64,000 bases of DNA, taken from an uncultured Candidatus Bathyarchaeia archaeon (GTDB lineage: Archaea > Thermoproteota > CALKCG01 > B24). Under the pieces are notes generated by a model. It was not told the DNA's origin. It ran no database searches and saw nothing but the letters and a program-made list of their open reading frames with translations. Positions 9,880 to 21,037 of the stretch are shown here, one piece after another. The stretch spans positions 2,589-66,588 of the forward strand of contig CAYWZZ010000004.1 in NCBI GenBank assembly GCA_964463005.1, in the 5' to 3' direction. Position 1 is the first letter of the stretch; each line of letters starts with the position of its first letter. Both the position numbers and the translations under genes were made by a program.

Positions 9880-10460
9880 TTGAATACTCCTCTAATGTAT
9901 TTTTCGAGAAGCCCTTCTTCCGAAAGCTTAGATATCCAATCTACTATGCCTATTCTAGGTTTAACATCTCCATTGTAGAACGATAAAGCCTCTGAAACAA
10001 GTTGTTCGACCGGTTTACCTGTTGAGTCGAGTTCGCATATTTTACCCCTATAAGTCTTCAACGCTTCAATTAAACATACGTCTAAAATCTCAGCCATAAC
10101 GTTTTCATGTATCTTACTGAGAGGATACCCTTTAGCTTCAAGCCTCTTCCTCAAAACCCTAGGATGACATCTTAAGACAAACGCAACCTTAACGTATCTA
10201 GATGGAGCAATTAAATGCGCTATATGTCCATCTAGAATCAAATTTTCATCTTTAAGACCTTTGATCAACCTTTTAAGCCCAGCCATATCTACGATATACG
10301 TCTGCCTCTCTTGGTCAAACCCCAACGTTAACCTCTTTTCCAAGCAGAATTTCCCCACGTCTAAATGCTTAAAACCGATTGCTTTAGCTAACGCTTCTGA
10401 AAAAACGGTTTTCCCAGTCCCGGGAGTACCTGTTACAACTATGAAAACCAAGCTTCTCAA
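9876..10460 (-). CDS. Adenylate kinase 6 / Fap7-type ATPase
   Basis: VTGTPGTGKT, LILDGH, VLRC.P..L..RL..KGY...KI.EN..AE. Confidence 0.85.
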   Translation of the reverse strand: MRSLVFIVVTGTPGTGKTVFSEALAKAIGFKHLDVGKFCLEKRLTLGFDQERQTYIVDMAGLKRLIKGLKDENLILDGHIAHLIAPSRYVKVAFVLRCHPRVLRKRLEAKGYPLSKIHENVMAEILDVCLIEALKTYRGKICELDSTGKPVEQLVSEALSFYNGDVKPRIGIVDWISKLSEEGLLEKYIRGVFK

Positions 10461-10546
10461 TTTTAAGAATCATCCCTCATATAAATGATTTTACGTACAC
10501 GGTTTAAAATTAAAATAAGCGGGTAAAGTAGCTATCTTAGAGCTTC

Positions 10547-12406
10547 ATGCAAATCCCCAAAATACATGAACTCGAGAAGCTTGTTAAAAGACCCATCAGA
10601 CATCCACTACTCTTAGCAGATGTAGGCAATATTGAAGTTTTACGTGTTAGAATGATGGGAAGACGTTGGAGAAACATCACAGAGATGTTGCTGAAACGTT
10701 CCGATAAGCTACTGGAGAACCCAATACCGCAACTTCCACGCTCCCTCTACGATGACTTCTTTAGAACGGGCCGCCGCCACCCATTTGAAGAGCCGTACTT
10801 CCTACGTAGAAGAGCAGTTGAGGATTTAACCCTAGCTTATATATTCACTGGGAAAGACGTCTACTTAGACCGCTGTAGAGATTACATGTGGGCTATAATG
10901 GAGGAATTTACATGGGTTATACCAGCTCATGCGAAAACTCCCTTTCAACCTGGATGTGAACGTATAGTCGATCTATTTTCTTCTGGAACCGCTATGCTTC
11001 TAGCAGATGTATGGGATTTACTATACAACGACTTAGATAAGGAGACGCTTAATTGGATACGCTATAATATACTTCAACGCGTACTCATACCTTTAAGAGA
11101 TCATTACGATGAACAATGGTGGAGTAGAAGTTACGAATCTAATTGGTGTGGCGTCTGCAATGGAAACTCCGGATGTGCTCTAATACTCGTAGCATTGGAT
11201 GAACCTTGGTCTATAGATCTAATGTATAAGATCCTTAAGAGCATCGACGGCTTTTTGTCAACAGCAGATCCAGATGGTGCTTGGGTTGAAGGTGTTGGAT
11301 ACTGGTTTTACGGTTTCTCAAGAGTTTTCTACTTTGCAGATCTACTTGCCAAGGTGACAGAGGGTAGTATAGATTTACTTGAAGACCCGCGGATTAAAGC
11401 GTCTACGACGTTTCCAGTCTGGATGTATCTTCCGCCACGGTCTCAAGTAAACTTTGGAGATACGGGAGGTACACCTTCAGTATACATTGATGTTCTCAAC
11501 TTAATTCTGAAACGTTATAGAGAGCCGAGCATAGCATGGTACATTCAACGGCTTGAAGAAGACCTCTTAAACGTTATCTCTATACGTGGACTGATATGGG
11601 AGCCAGTAGACGTAGAGCCGATGCCTCCAAAAGAGACTTCTAAATGGTATCGTAGAATCGGCGTTTTAGTCGTACGGTCTTCTTGGAACGACTTAGATGC
11701 TCCAATTCTAGCGGTTAAAGCCGGCCATAATGCTGAGCCTCATAACCATATAGATGTAGGCCAATTCATATACCACTGTTACGGGAATAGCTTCATCTGC
11801 GATCTAGGCGTGGGTATTTACGAGAGAGATTACTTCAGCTCTAAAAGGTATGAGAATCCCATTTGCGGAGCAGAAGGACATAATCTTATCTTCGTAAATG
11901 GGAAGAGCCAAGCCGTGGGCGGGGAGTATAAGGGTGAAATCGTTAGCTTTAAACACGGAAACGGCTGGAAGTTGATTATATTGGATATTTCAAAAGCATA
12001 CCCTCCTGAAGTATTGTCTAGAGCTGTGAGAACTTTACTATTCTTCGGATATAATGGTCTAATATTGACGGATGAAGTCACATGTAAAGAAAACGCTCTG
12101 GTAGAGACGCGTTTACATTTTAGAGGAGACTTTCAACAAACACAAAACTGGGTCGATATTTCTACGCATAGAGGGCATTTACGTATACAGCCCGAGAACT
12201 CCTCCATAGAGATTGCCGTAGATGCGCATAGGGGGTTGAAGACTCGTGATGCAATGCTTGTCAACGCCAGGTATATTAGGCTGATGAGGAGGGCTACTGA
12301 AGGATATGCCAAGGTACAGGTTTATATGGTGCCATATAAAAGCGCAGAGGAACTCGATACACGTTTAACAGAATTGAAGAAGAACCTACCTAAACTGGAG
12401 GTTTAA
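10547..12406 (+). CDS. Heparinase II/III family (polysaccharide lyase-like) protein
   Basis: SNWCGVC, DGAW.EG..YW.YG, KAGHN.EPHNH.DVG.F, HN...VNG..Q. Confidence 0.75.
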   Translation: MQIPKIHELEKLVKRPIRHPLLLADVGNIEVLRVRMMGRRWRNITEMLLKRSDKLLENPIPQLPRSLYDDFFRTGRRHPFEEPYFLRRRAVEDLTLAYIFTGKDVYLDRCRDYMWAIMEEFTWVIPAHAKTPFQPGCERIVDLFSSGTAMLLADVWDLLYNDLDKETLNWIRYNILQRVLIPLRDHYDEQWWSRSYESNWCGVCNGNSGCALILVALDEPWSIDLMYKILKSIDGFLSTADPDGAWVEGVGYWFYGFSRVFYFADLLAKVTEGSIDLLEDPRIKASTTFPVWMYLPPRSQVNFGDTGGTPSVYIDVLNLILKRYREPSIAWYIQRLEEDLLNVISIRGLIWEPVDVEPMPPKETSKWYRRIGVLVVRSSWNDLDAPILAVKAGHNAEPHNHIDVGQFIYHCYGNSFICDLGVGIYERDYFSSKRYENPICGAEGHNLIFVNGKSQAVGGEYKGEIVSFKHGNGWKLIILDISKAYPPEVLSRAVRTLLFFGYNGLILTDEVTCKENALVETRLHFRGDFQQTQNWVDISTHRGHLRIQPENSSIEIAVDAHRGLKTRDAMLVNARYIRLMRRATEGYAKVQVYMVPYKSAEELDTRLTELKKNLPKLEV

Positions 12407-12552
12407 AGAACTTCATGGAATTAACGTAGAATAGTTCCAACATCTTCATTGAAAACCTAAAAGCTCTATTCGATTTAAACAGTCAACCATCCATTACTGA
12501 AAACCGTGGACTTACTTGAAATGGTGAAGCCTTTATAGCGCTTAAGAATAGT

Positions 12553-13782
12553 ATGTATCGGGTTGTTATGAGCTCCATCTACGTGAAGATTTCTGAGATC
12601 ATAGCAGATATGCACGTCATAGATACGCATGAACATACGTATCCTCAAGAACTCGTAGCGAGTAGAAAGCCATCGATCTTCGATATTTTTGAAGGCGCGT
12701 ATATATTCTGGATTGCAAAAACCCCTACTAAGAAGGACGATTTTAAAAGTCTTGTGAAAAGTGTTAAAGAGATTTCGGGGAGTGCCTTTTATAAGGCTTG
12801 TAGCATTGCCATTAAGGATATATATGGAGTGGATATAGATCCTCCCAGTGAAGAAGCTTTCATGAAAGCTTCAAAACTGATTCGTGAAGCCTACGAAAAT
12901 AAGTACTGGATCAGAAAGGTTTTTGCAGAATATTCTTTAATAGATAAGGTTCTTTGGGATCCATATTGGGATATCTGGAGGGAAAGCTTTGATCCGGAGC
13001 TCTTTAAACCAGTTTTTAGAATAAACTCGTTGTTATTCGGCTATGGGAGGGGGGCTAAAGACCATAATGGAAATAACCCTTACGTTTTCGAGGAGTTGTT
13101 GAATCTAAAGGTTGAGACGTTTGAAGATTACATAGACCTCGTCAACAAAGTTTTAGAAGAGGCTAAAAGAAGAGGATACGTTGCACTTAAATCCGCTCTT
13201 GCATACGATAGACCGATATTATTCGAAGAAGTTGAGAGAGTTTTCAATAAAAGAGGTATAGGGTTAACGTCTAAAGACATTAAGCTGTTTCAAGACTTCA
13301 TCCTACATCATATCCTAAGTAAAGCAAGTGAGCTCGACCTCCCCGTTCAATTCCATACAGGTTTGGCTCTAATAGATGGATCAAACCCCATAAACTTAGT
13401 GAACATCATACGTAAGTACAGTGACGTCGATTTCATACTTTTCCATGGTGGATACCCGTGGATAAGAGAGACCGCGGCAATAGCCATGAGCTTTCAAAAC
13501 GCCTACATAGACTTCTGCTGGCTTCCAATAATATCTCCATCAGCCTGCAAACTCTTACTAAGAGAGGTTATTGAGCTGGGACTTTCAAGTAGAGCTATGT
13601 GGGGAGGAGATTGCTGGGTTGCCGAAGCAACGTACGGCGCGTTAAAGTTATTCAAAAACATATTATCAGAAGTACTATACGAAATGGTGAGTAGAGGTTA
13701 TCTGAAGTTTGATGAGGCCTTGGAAGCAGCCTCGAAGATGTTGAGGGAAAACGCTGCTCGTATATTCAAAATCTCAGATTAA
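12553..13782 (+). CDS. Amidohydrolase-family (TIM barrel) metalloprotein
   Basis: IDTHEH, LKSALAYDR, QFHTG, FHGGYPW, WGGDC. Confidence 0.8.
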   Translation: MYRVVMSSIYVKISEIIADMHVIDTHEHTYPQELVASRKPSIFDIFEGAYIFWIAKTPTKKDDFKSLVKSVKEISGSAFYKACSIAIKDIYGVDIDPPSEEAFMKASKLIREAYENKYWIRKVFAEYSLIDKVLWDPYWDIWRESFDPELFKPVFRINSLLFGYGRGAKDHNGNNPYVFEELLNLKVETFEDYIDLVNKVLEEAKRRGYVALKSALAYDRPILFEEVERVFNKRGIGLTSKDIKLFQDFILHHILSKASELDLPVQFHTGLALIDGSNPINLVNIIRKYSDVDFILFHGGYPWIRETAAIAMSFQNAYIDFCWLPIISPSACKLLLREVIELGLSSRAMWGGDCWVAEATYGALKLFKNILSEVLYEMVSRGYLKFDEALEAASKMLRENAARIFKISD

Positions 13783-13868
13783 CTTTGTTTATTCTTATTC
13801 CAACCTAAGAGAGATTCGTCAATTTGGCCAACTTATAACTTTAAGTTTATGAAAACCATTAATTTCAC

Positions 13869-15137
13869 ATGGGGATTTACATCAAGCCGGAAAATTTAAG
13901 GGTTATAATCCCCATAGGTGGTATAGCTAAACGACTACTGCCTCTCACAGCAGAGGTTTCCAAAGCCTGTATTAGGCTTTTAAATTTACCGCTTATTGAA
14001 ATATCCATTCTAACTTTAGCTAAGCAGGGGGTAAGAAACTTCATATTCGGTGTTAAAGGATACGTAAACTATAGGAGTTTACACGACCATTTTGAGTCTG
14101 GAGTCGGCTTTTCAGCTAAATACGGCATTAGTCCACGGATCCATATTAAGTATCAGCCCAATTTGGATGACTGTGGAAGTGCCGATTCTGTCAGAGTGAA
14201 TGTTGAATACTATGATGTTACGGACCCCGTTTTTGCCGTTCAAGGTGATAACATATTCGATATAAATTTAGAAAATATGTTGAAATTTCACGAGCAGAAG
14301 AAGGCTTTCCTAACGATTGGTTTAATGCGGGTTTCAGATGTAACAGGGTATGGTATTGCCAAAGTTGACAGCGACATGCATATATCCGAGTTTGTTGAAA
14401 AACCCAATTTGAAGGAGTCCCCCTCAAACTTAGCCAATACTGGGCTTTACCTTTTCAGCCCAGAGGTCAGAGAAGTTTTTAAAGAAGATAAAGTCCAAGA
14501 GATGATACGTAAAAATAAGCGTTTAGATTTCGGTTACGATTTCATACCCTATCTCATCGAAACTGGTAGAGATGTTTACGGATACATCTTAGAAGGTACC
14601 TGGTATGACGTTGGAACACCTGAGAGATACTTAGAAGCTATGGATGGGATATTACATGGTAGATTAAAGGCTTTACAAGATTTTGGAGGAAGGGTTTCAG
14701 AAGACGCATTGATATGGATACAGGGTGAAAGCCCTGAGTCGATCCGTAGGAGGGAGGAGATTATACGTAAGATAAAAGATGGGAGAATTGAAGTGGAGGG
14801 GGCTGTCTTAATCGGTAGACACTGCGAGATATCAGACGGTGTTAGAATCGTAGACTCCTGCATAGACAACTACACGAGGATAGGTAGGAATGTTGTGATA
14901 GAGAAGTCTGCTGTAATGGATAGATGTATAATAGGCGATAACGCTGAGATAAAAGAGAGCATTGTGGGTAGGCATGTAACTGTGGACTCAAACATGTCAA
15001 ATAAAACGATACTTTCAAAGACTACGGTTATAGCTGATGATGTGTACTTAGAAGCTGGATGTGAACTTTTATCTACGAAAGTCTATCCACATAAGCGTGT
15101 ATCTAAACGATCTCTTTACGGTGAAGTAATATTGTAA
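13869..15137 (+). CDS. NDP-sugar pyrophosphorylase (glucose/mannose-1-phosphate nucleotidyltransferase) with C-terminal left-handed beta-helix
   Basis: GG.AKRL.PLT...SKA, QGDN, FVEKP, W.DVGTP, hexapeptide repeats. Confidence 0.85.
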   Translation: MGIYIKPENLRVIIPIGGIAKRLLPLTAEVSKACIRLLNLPLIEISILTLAKQGVRNFIFGVKGYVNYRSLHDHFESGVGFSAKYGISPRIHIKYQPNLDDCGSADSVRVNVEYYDVTDPVFAVQGDNIFDINLENMLKFHEQKKAFLTIGLMRVSDVTGYGIAKVDSDMHISEFVEKPNLKESPSNLANTGLYLFSPEVREVFKEDKVQEMIRKNKRLDFGYDFIPYLIETGRDVYGYILEGTWYDVGTPERYLEAMDGILHGRLKALQDFGGRVSEDALIWIQGESPESIRRREEIIRKIKDGRIEVEGAVLIGRHCEISDGVRIVDSCIDNYTRIGRNVVIEKSAVMDRCIIGDNAEIKESIVGRHVTVDSNMSNKTILSKTTVIADDVYLEAGCELLSTKVYPHKRVSKRSLYGEVIL

Positions 15138-15151
15138 AGTGATGTGGAAAA

Positions 15152-16708
15152 ATGACAGATGTCTGTATGATTTTTGAAGTACATCAGCCGTTGAGGTTGA
15201 ACCGTCGATTTAACTTGGAGATTCTAAGACGTCAGAGAGTAGACAATAAGGACCTTTATGAAATATACTTTAACAATGCGTTAAACAGGGAGATTTTCAA
15301 TAGAGTATCTGAGAAATGTTATTCTCCTGCAAGTAGAATAATTTTAGAGCTGATAGATGAGTTTAAGGGTGGAAAGAAGCCGTTTAAAGTTTCATTTAGC
15401 TTTTCAGGTGTATTCTTAGAACAATGTGAAAGATGGAACCCCAACCTATTAGAACTATTCAAACAGATTGTTGAAAGTGGCTGTATTGAACTACTCAGTC
15501 AGACGTATTACCATTCACTTGCAAGTTTAAACCCTATGGATAAGTCAGAGTTCGCCGAACAAGTTGAAGAACACCGTCAGATCATTAAGGATTTATTCGA
15601 CTATACGCCTAAAACATTTGAAAACACGGAGTGCATTTACAACAACGATATTGCTAGAGAAGTGAAGAACCTAGGTTTTGAAGCTATTATAACGGAAGGA
15701 GCTGAGAGAATTCTAGATTGGAGGTCGCCGAACTTCATCTACAAGTCGAAAGGATCCAATATTAAGGTTCTACTGCGGAATTATAGGCTTTCAGATGACA
15801 TAGGCTTTAGATTTGCATCAGCCGATTGGGATCAGTGGCCTTTAACGGCTGATAAGTATGCCACTTGGTTGGCGCATACATACGGGCAGGTCATAGTATT
15901 ATTCTTAGACTACGAAACATTCGGCGAACACTACTGGGCTGAAAGCGGTATTTTCAATTTCTTAAAGTGGCTTCCAGTAGAAGTTTCTAAGTGGGATAAT
16001 CTTTCATGGGTTACACCTTCTGAGGCTGTTCAAAAGCATGCCCCTTGTGGAGAGTTAGACGTTCCACCGGATAAGACTGTTTCATGGGCTGACGTTGAGC
16101 GGGATCTAGGTGCTTGGCTGAGCAACAATCAACAGAACATTTCATTCAATCTATTGAATGAAATCGGTTTAATCGTTAAAGAGTTGAACGAGTCAAACCT
16201 ATTGAAGATTTGGCGCTACCTACAGACGAGCGACCACTTCTACTACATGTATAGTAGAGGAGGAGAAAGCGGTATCGTGCATGATTCGTTTAACCCATAT
16301 GGAAGCCCAGCCGAAGCCTTCATCACTTACATAGGTGTACTGTTGGATTTTGAAGCCAGATGCGAGATGCTATTTGAAAGTTCTGAGTTTAAGCATAAAC
16401 GTATACTACGACGTGTACCTTGGGAAAAAGGATTTAAGTTCTTTTATGAATTTGCCATGCCGACTGGTCTATCAGCTAACAGTCTGGAGGAATTTTATGA
16501 AGCCATTAAGAGAGTAAATATTAGCTCGATAGTCTTCCATCTGGAGAGGGGAGACTTTGAAAGGTGGGTTTTAAATGTTATCGGAGACCGTGAACTTGCA
16601 GACCGTATAGCAAACCTACGAAGCGCTAAAATGGACTCTGAGGAAAAGCGTAAAGCACTATCAGACTTAATCAGAAGTAGAATTGAGGAATTAAAACAAG
16701 CTCACTAG
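15152..16708 (+). CDS. GH57 alpha-amylase-like protein with C-terminal DUF5752-like domain
   Basis: FEVHQP, QTYYHSL, FENTE, DYETFGEH, YLQTSDHFYYM. C-terminal F.F...A.SLEEF...I.FH..RGDF..W. Confidence 0.85.
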   Translation: MTDVCMIFEVHQPLRLNRRFNLEILRRQRVDNKDLYEIYFNNALNREIFNRVSEKCYSPASRIILELIDEFKGGKKPFKVSFSFSGVFLEQCERWNPNLLELFKQIVESGCIELLSQTYYHSLASLNPMDKSEFAEQVEEHRQIIKDLFDYTPKTFENTECIYNNDIAREVKNLGFEAIITEGAERILDWRSPNFIYKSKGSNIKVLLRNYRLSDDIGFRFASADWDQWPLTADKYATWLAHTYGQVIVLFLDYETFGEHYWAESGIFNFLKWLPVEVSKWDNLSWVTPSEAVQKHAPCGELDVPPDKTVSWADVERDLGAWLSNNQQNISFNLLNEIGLIVKELNESNLLKIWRYLQTSDHFYYMYSRGGESGIVHDSFNPYGSPAEAFITYIGVLLDFEARCEMLFESSEFKHKRILRRVPWEKGFKFFYEFAMPTGLSANSLEEFYEAIKRVNISSIVFHLERGDFERWVLNVIGDRELADRIANLRSAKMDSEEKRKALSDLIRSRIEELKQAH

Positions 16709-16831
16709 AAAACCTAGAGCCCAGAGATTCAATCAACGGATAATTGCAATCTTTTAGTAAGCAATATTTTTCTCTCCAAAAGAACGTAAGCTTCTACAAA
16801 ACATTTAACTAAGCAGAGGGAGAGTTAAACT

Positions 16832-18082
16832 ATGATGGAGATAATATTTTTCGCGTACGAGTATCCTCCATATATTGTTGGAGGACTTGGAACATACGCT
16901 GAATATTTAACCAGATGGCTTGTAAAAATGGGCCATGACGTGACCGTCTTCTCCATGCACACGAAGAACGCACCTACGAGAGACGTGTACATGGGCGTTG
17001 AAGTACACAGACCTATTGTTGAAAATATAAACATAAGCCTACTGCTTCCAATGTTCATACCCGAGGAGATACAGCGTTGGTCTGAAGAGGGGAGAAAATT
17101 CTTTGGTGACATTCTCCTCTACAATGTCCTCTCAGCGAGTAAACTGGTGAACGACCTAGTTAGAAATGAAGGGAGGAAGGTCGACTTATTAGCTTCACAT
17201 GATTGGCTGGGTTCAATAGGTGGGATACTTGCAAGTAAAGGTTTAAACAAGCCGTTGATCTTCCATATCCACAGTACGGAGCAGGGACGCGCTGGAAACG
17301 GCTCTGAGACAATTAAGCGTTTAGAGAGGCTGGCGGCTGAACATGCAAGTAGAGTTATAACTGTAAGCTACGCCATGAGAGATCATCTCATAAGCTTAGG
17401 CTACGATGAGAGGAAGATACGCGTCGTCTATAATGGCGTGGACGCTGAAAAATACGACCCAGATAAGGTATCACGTGAAGATGTGGTTAATGTCAGAAAA
17501 AGCCTAGGCATAGGTGAAGATGAATATATGATCCTGTTTATAGGAAGATTGACTTGGGTTAAAGGTGTTGATACGTTAATACTCGCAATGCCTGAGATTC
17601 TAAGCAAAATACCAAATGCAAAGCTTGTGGTAGTGGGCGTTGGCGAGCAGGAAGGATTGTTGAAAAATGAAGTCCAGAGACTTAAACTTGAAGGCAAAGT
17701 CATCTTTAAAAGCGAATTCATACCGGAAGACTTGAGAATAAAATACTACGCTGCAGCGGACGTATGCGTTTTCCCATCTAAATATGAGCCTTTTGGCATC
17801 GTATGCGCTGAGGCCATGAGCATGGGTAAGCCGGTGGTTGTCGGAGCTAGAGGTGTTAGTGGTATGCGTGAACAGGTTATTCCATCAGGTCCAAATCAAT
17901 GTGGCTTTCATATAAACCCTTATGATCCAAGCGATATAGCTAAATTTGTGATAATGCTCTTAGAAGATGAAGATTTAAGGAAGAAATGTGGAAGAAATGC
18001 TAGAAAGAGGGTTCTTGAAGAATTCACGTGGAAAAATGTAGCAGAGAATACTTTAAGAGTATACGATGAAGCTTTAAGATGA
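16832..18082 (+). CDS. GT4 glycosyltransferase (glycogen synthase-like)
   Basis: EYPP..VGGLG, HDW, HSTE.GR, YEPFGIV..EAM. Confidence 0.85.
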   Translation: MMEIIFFAYEYPPYIVGGLGTYAEYLTRWLVKMGHDVTVFSMHTKNAPTRDVYMGVEVHRPIVENINISLLLPMFIPEEIQRWSEEGRKFFGDILLYNVLSASKLVNDLVRNEGRKVDLLASHDWLGSIGGILASKGLNKPLIFHIHSTEQGRAGNGSETIKRLERLAAEHASRVITVSYAMRDHLISLGYDERKIRVVYNGVDAEKYDPDKVSREDVVNVRKSLGIGEDEYMILFIGRLTWVKGVDTLILAMPEILSKIPNAKLVVVGVGEQEGLLKNEVQRLKLEGKVIFKSEFIPEDLRIKYYAAADVCVFPSKYEPFGIVCAEAMSMGKPVVVGARGVSGMREQVIPSGPNQCGFHINPYDPSDIAKFVIMLLEDEDLRKKCGRNARKRVLEEFTWKNVAENTLRVYDEALR

Positions 18083-18209
18083 TAGGTTCATTGTTTACAA
18101 TAGTATTAACTGTAAAAATTCAAATGATTTTTCCTAATGGAGAGATATTGTGGGAGAACCTATATATGAGAAAGGCTTAAGTAGTCTTGCTGGATTAGGC
18201 TGTCAATCC

Positions 18210-19379
18210 ATGAATATTTGCATGTTAACTTGGGAGTACCCACCTAGGATAGTTGGTGGTATAGCTAGGCACTGTGAGGGGCTTGCAAAGGCACTTGCGA
18301 AAATGGGATATACAGTGCATGTAATTACACTCGATTTTCCAAGTGCACCTCAATACGAGGAGATCGAAGGTGTTAAAATTCATCGGACATCTATAGAGCT
18401 TGGCCATCCGAACTTTATCACTTGGGTTTTTATATTTAACCATTTTATGGAGAAGAAGATTGCGATGATAAGTAAAGACGTTAAATTCGACATGGTTCAT
18501 ATCCACGATTGGCTTGTAGCATTAGCAGGTATAGCTACGAAACACTATCTTAAGTTACCGCTTATTCTAACTCTACATAGCACGGAATTTGGTAGAGCGT
18601 CAGGCCTCAGCAATCCAGACTCTTACCTTATTGATGGTGTGGAGTGGTGGGCAACTTACGAGTCTAAGAGAATTATTGTTACAAGTAATTCTATGAAGAA
18701 GGAGGTTGAAGAACACTTTCATCTACCACATAGTAAGATCGACGTAATTCCAAATGCTATTGATACTTCTAGGTATGAAGTTAAGGTCGACCGTGAGGCC
18801 GTTAAAAAGCGTCATGGGATAGCTTCGGATGAAAGGATCGTTCTCTTCGTAGGAAGACTGGCTCCTCAGAAGGGGGTAGAATATTTAATTAAAGCTACAC
18901 CTAAGATCGTTAATAGCCATCCAAATGCTCGTATTGTGATAGTTGGAGATGGATGGTTGAAGGATTATTTATGGAATCTTACAATTTCAAGCGGATATAG
19001 CCATAGGATATCGTTTCTAGGCTTTCTATCTGATTCGGAACTTATTGAGTTAACCCTCAGCTCAGACGTCCTTGTGATCCCTTCAGTATATGAACCGTTC
19101 GGTATAGTTGCTCTTGAAGGGATGGCCGCTGGGATTCCGGTTGTAGCCAGTAATGTTGGAGGTTTAGCTGAAATCATTGAACACGATAAAACTGGAGTTT
19201 TAGTCTATGCTGGAGACCCGAATTCAATAGCATGGGGTGTGAATAGGATTTTATCAGACCCAAAATATGCATTCTGGTTGGTGGAAAATGCTAAAAGAAA
19301 GGTTCGAGAAATATATAGCTGGGATGCTGTTGCAAGAAAAACCGCTGAAGTATATGAAAAATCATCTGGAGGGGCTTAG
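18210..19379 (+). CDS. GT4 glycosyltransferase (glycogen synthase-like), paralog
   Basis: WEYPP..VGGI, HDW, HSTE.GR, YEPFGIVALE. ATG at 18210 preferred. Confidence 0.85.
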   Translation: MNICMLTWEYPPRIVGGIARHCEGLAKALAKMGYTVHVITLDFPSAPQYEEIEGVKIHRTSIELGHPNFITWVFIFNHFMEKKIAMISKDVKFDMVHIHDWLVALAGIATKHYLKLPLILTLHSTEFGRASGLSNPDSYLIDGVEWWATYESKRIIVTSNSMKKEVEEHFHLPHSKIDVIPNAIDTSRYEVKVDREAVKKRHGIASDERIVLFVGRLAPQKGVEYLIKATPKIVNSHPNARIVIVGDGWLKDYLWNLTISSGYSHRISFLGFLSDSELIELTLSSDVLVIPSVYEPFGIVALEGMAAGIPVVASNVGGLAEIIEHDKTGVLVYAGDPNSIAWGVNRILSDPKYAFWLVENAKRKVREIYSWDAVARKTAEVYEKSSGGA

Positions 19380-19381
19380 CT

Positions 19382-19642
19382 ATGTATAGGAGAGGCTCTA
19401 CGCCAATATCAGATGAAATATACTTTCTATGTATGCTTCACAATCTCGGCATAACAGCTCCTGAAAAATCTCTTACAATCGAAGAGATATCACGTTGGAC
19501 GGCTGTAGAGCCATCTAAAGCTAAGGAAAACTTGAATAAACTTTTGAAGGCGAAATACGTGGATGTGAGAATAATCTCCGGTGTTAAAAGGTATTTCATA
19601 ACAGTCGATGGAATAAGAAAGGTTCTAAGTATGTACAGTTAG
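19382..19642 (+). CDS. Small winged-helix protein
   Basis: 86 aa, LT.EEI...(helix)...YFIT.DG wHTH pattern, adjacent to the GT4 stop. Confidence 0.55.
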   Translation: MYRRGSTPISDEIYFLCMLHNLGITAPEKSLTIEEISRWTAVEPSKAKENLNKLLKAKYVDVRIISGVKRYFITVDGIRKVLSMYS

Positions 19643-19646
19643 GTCT

Positions 19647-20702
19647 TTACTGTTCTTTAAGCACGCTTTCCTCCAATTTAAAAGACTCCTTCAGACTCTT
19701 TGCAGCATCCTCTGGGGGAATTGTGTTTATAAATGCGCCAGTGCTTTTCTCAAACCCAGCCCATATGGCTAGTTTAGGATAAACCTCTACGTGCCAATGG
19801 TAGTGGCTTTCAGGCAAAATGTGAAAGCCGAGATTATATGGTGGATCGTTTAATAGCCTCCTTAACCCGCCCAAACTTACCCTTAATATTTCGGCGAACT
19901 TTTCAACTTCAAATTCACTCATTTCTAGAATAGACGATTGATGTCTTTTTGGAAAGACCCAGAATTCAAATAGGTTTAATGAAGCCCAAGGTGTAAATGC
20001 TATAAAACTTTCATTCTCCCAAATAAAGCGTTCACTCTTAGATTCCTCCTCGACTATACTGCAGAAGACGCATTTTCCTTCACTTTCGTAGTAGTTCTTA
20101 CTTGCTTCAGCTTCCTCCTTAACTATTTTCGGAAGTATTGGTGTTGCTATTATCTGTGAATGAGCATGTGAAAGAGACGCACCTGCACTAGCACCGTAGT
20201 TTCTAAAGACGGATACGTATTTCACATATTCCCTTGAAGATAGGTGACTGAACCTATCTTTGATTGCGTTGACGACAAGCTTTAATTGAGACCTTCTAGC
20301 GACGCTTGGGTGTTCACTATGGATCGGTGATTCTATTAGAACTTCATGAAAACCCAAAGCCTTCATAGATCTATGAAAACTTGTAGATTTGAATATCTGC
20401 GTGGGCTTTTGACCATCTTCCATAGAGAAGGCTGGGTAGAGGTTTGGAATACATCTGACAACCCAATTCTTACAGCGGAATTCGCCGTTTTCCAAGGTTT
20501 TTCTGACACTTCCACCTTCTAATACGTATACCAATGTTGCTGGTGGCGTTAAATGTTCATTACCTGGACAGAAGGGGCATACAGTATTTTTAACATCCCA
20601 ACTTTTCACGTTAGAAAAATCTGAAGGCCTCTTCCTCCGCTGTGAAGCTATTACAACCCACCGGTCGAGTATATAGTCTTTCCTCAGTTCATTCTGAGAC
20701 AC
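19647..20702 (-). CDS. galT: Galactose-1-phosphate uridylyltransferase-like (GalT / ADP-glucose phosphorylase type)
   Basis: CPFCPGNE, NLYPA, HEV.IESP.H, N.G..AGASL.H.HSQ, HWH.E. Confidence 0.85.
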   Translation of the reverse strand: MSQNELRKDYILDRWVVIASQRRKRPSDFSNVKSWDVKNTVCPFCPGNEHLTPPATLVYVLEGGSVRKTLENGEFRCKNWVVRCIPNLYPAFSMEDGQKPTQIFKSTSFHRSMKALGFHEVLIESPIHSEHPSVARRSQLKLVVNAIKDRFSHLSSREYVKYVSVFRNYGASAGASLSHAHSQIIATPILPKIVKEEAEASKNYYESEGKCVFCSIVEEESKSERFIWENESFIAFTPWASLNLFEFWVFPKRHQSSILEMSEFEVEKFAEILRVSLGGLRRLLNDPPYNLGFHILPESHYHWHVEVYPKLAIWAGFEKSTGAFINTIPPEDAAKSLKESFKLEESVLKEQ

Positions 20703-20765
20703 TACGATATCACCAATAAGAATTAGTTCGCGGAAGCTTTTAACTTGTTACATCTATGTAAACTG

Positions 20766-20863
20766 TTCCAGTCTAGTGTCAACTTCCATCCCCCTCCTCT
20801 TTCTATGGGAGGGCTTTCGGGGTGAACAGTTGAAGCCCTCATATACATCTGAATATTTTATCT
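20766..20863 (+). mobile_element. Dispersed repeat B, copy 2; IS200/IS605-like end remnant
   Basis: catccccctcctctttctatgggagggctttcggggtgaacagttgaa, homologous to 7521-7616. Confidence 0.55.
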
Positions 20864-21037
20864 CCACATATAAGCCCGAGTGTTTTTCCACCGTACACAT
20901 AATGGGTTTGATTAAAGTCGATAAACTTTATGTTGAATAGAGGCAGTTTCCAAGCCTCATAATCAGCTTAGATGACCGTTTACAGGAGAAATCCTAAACG
21001 TTTAAATGGGGGGAGCACCAATTAGTGAGGGGTATTT

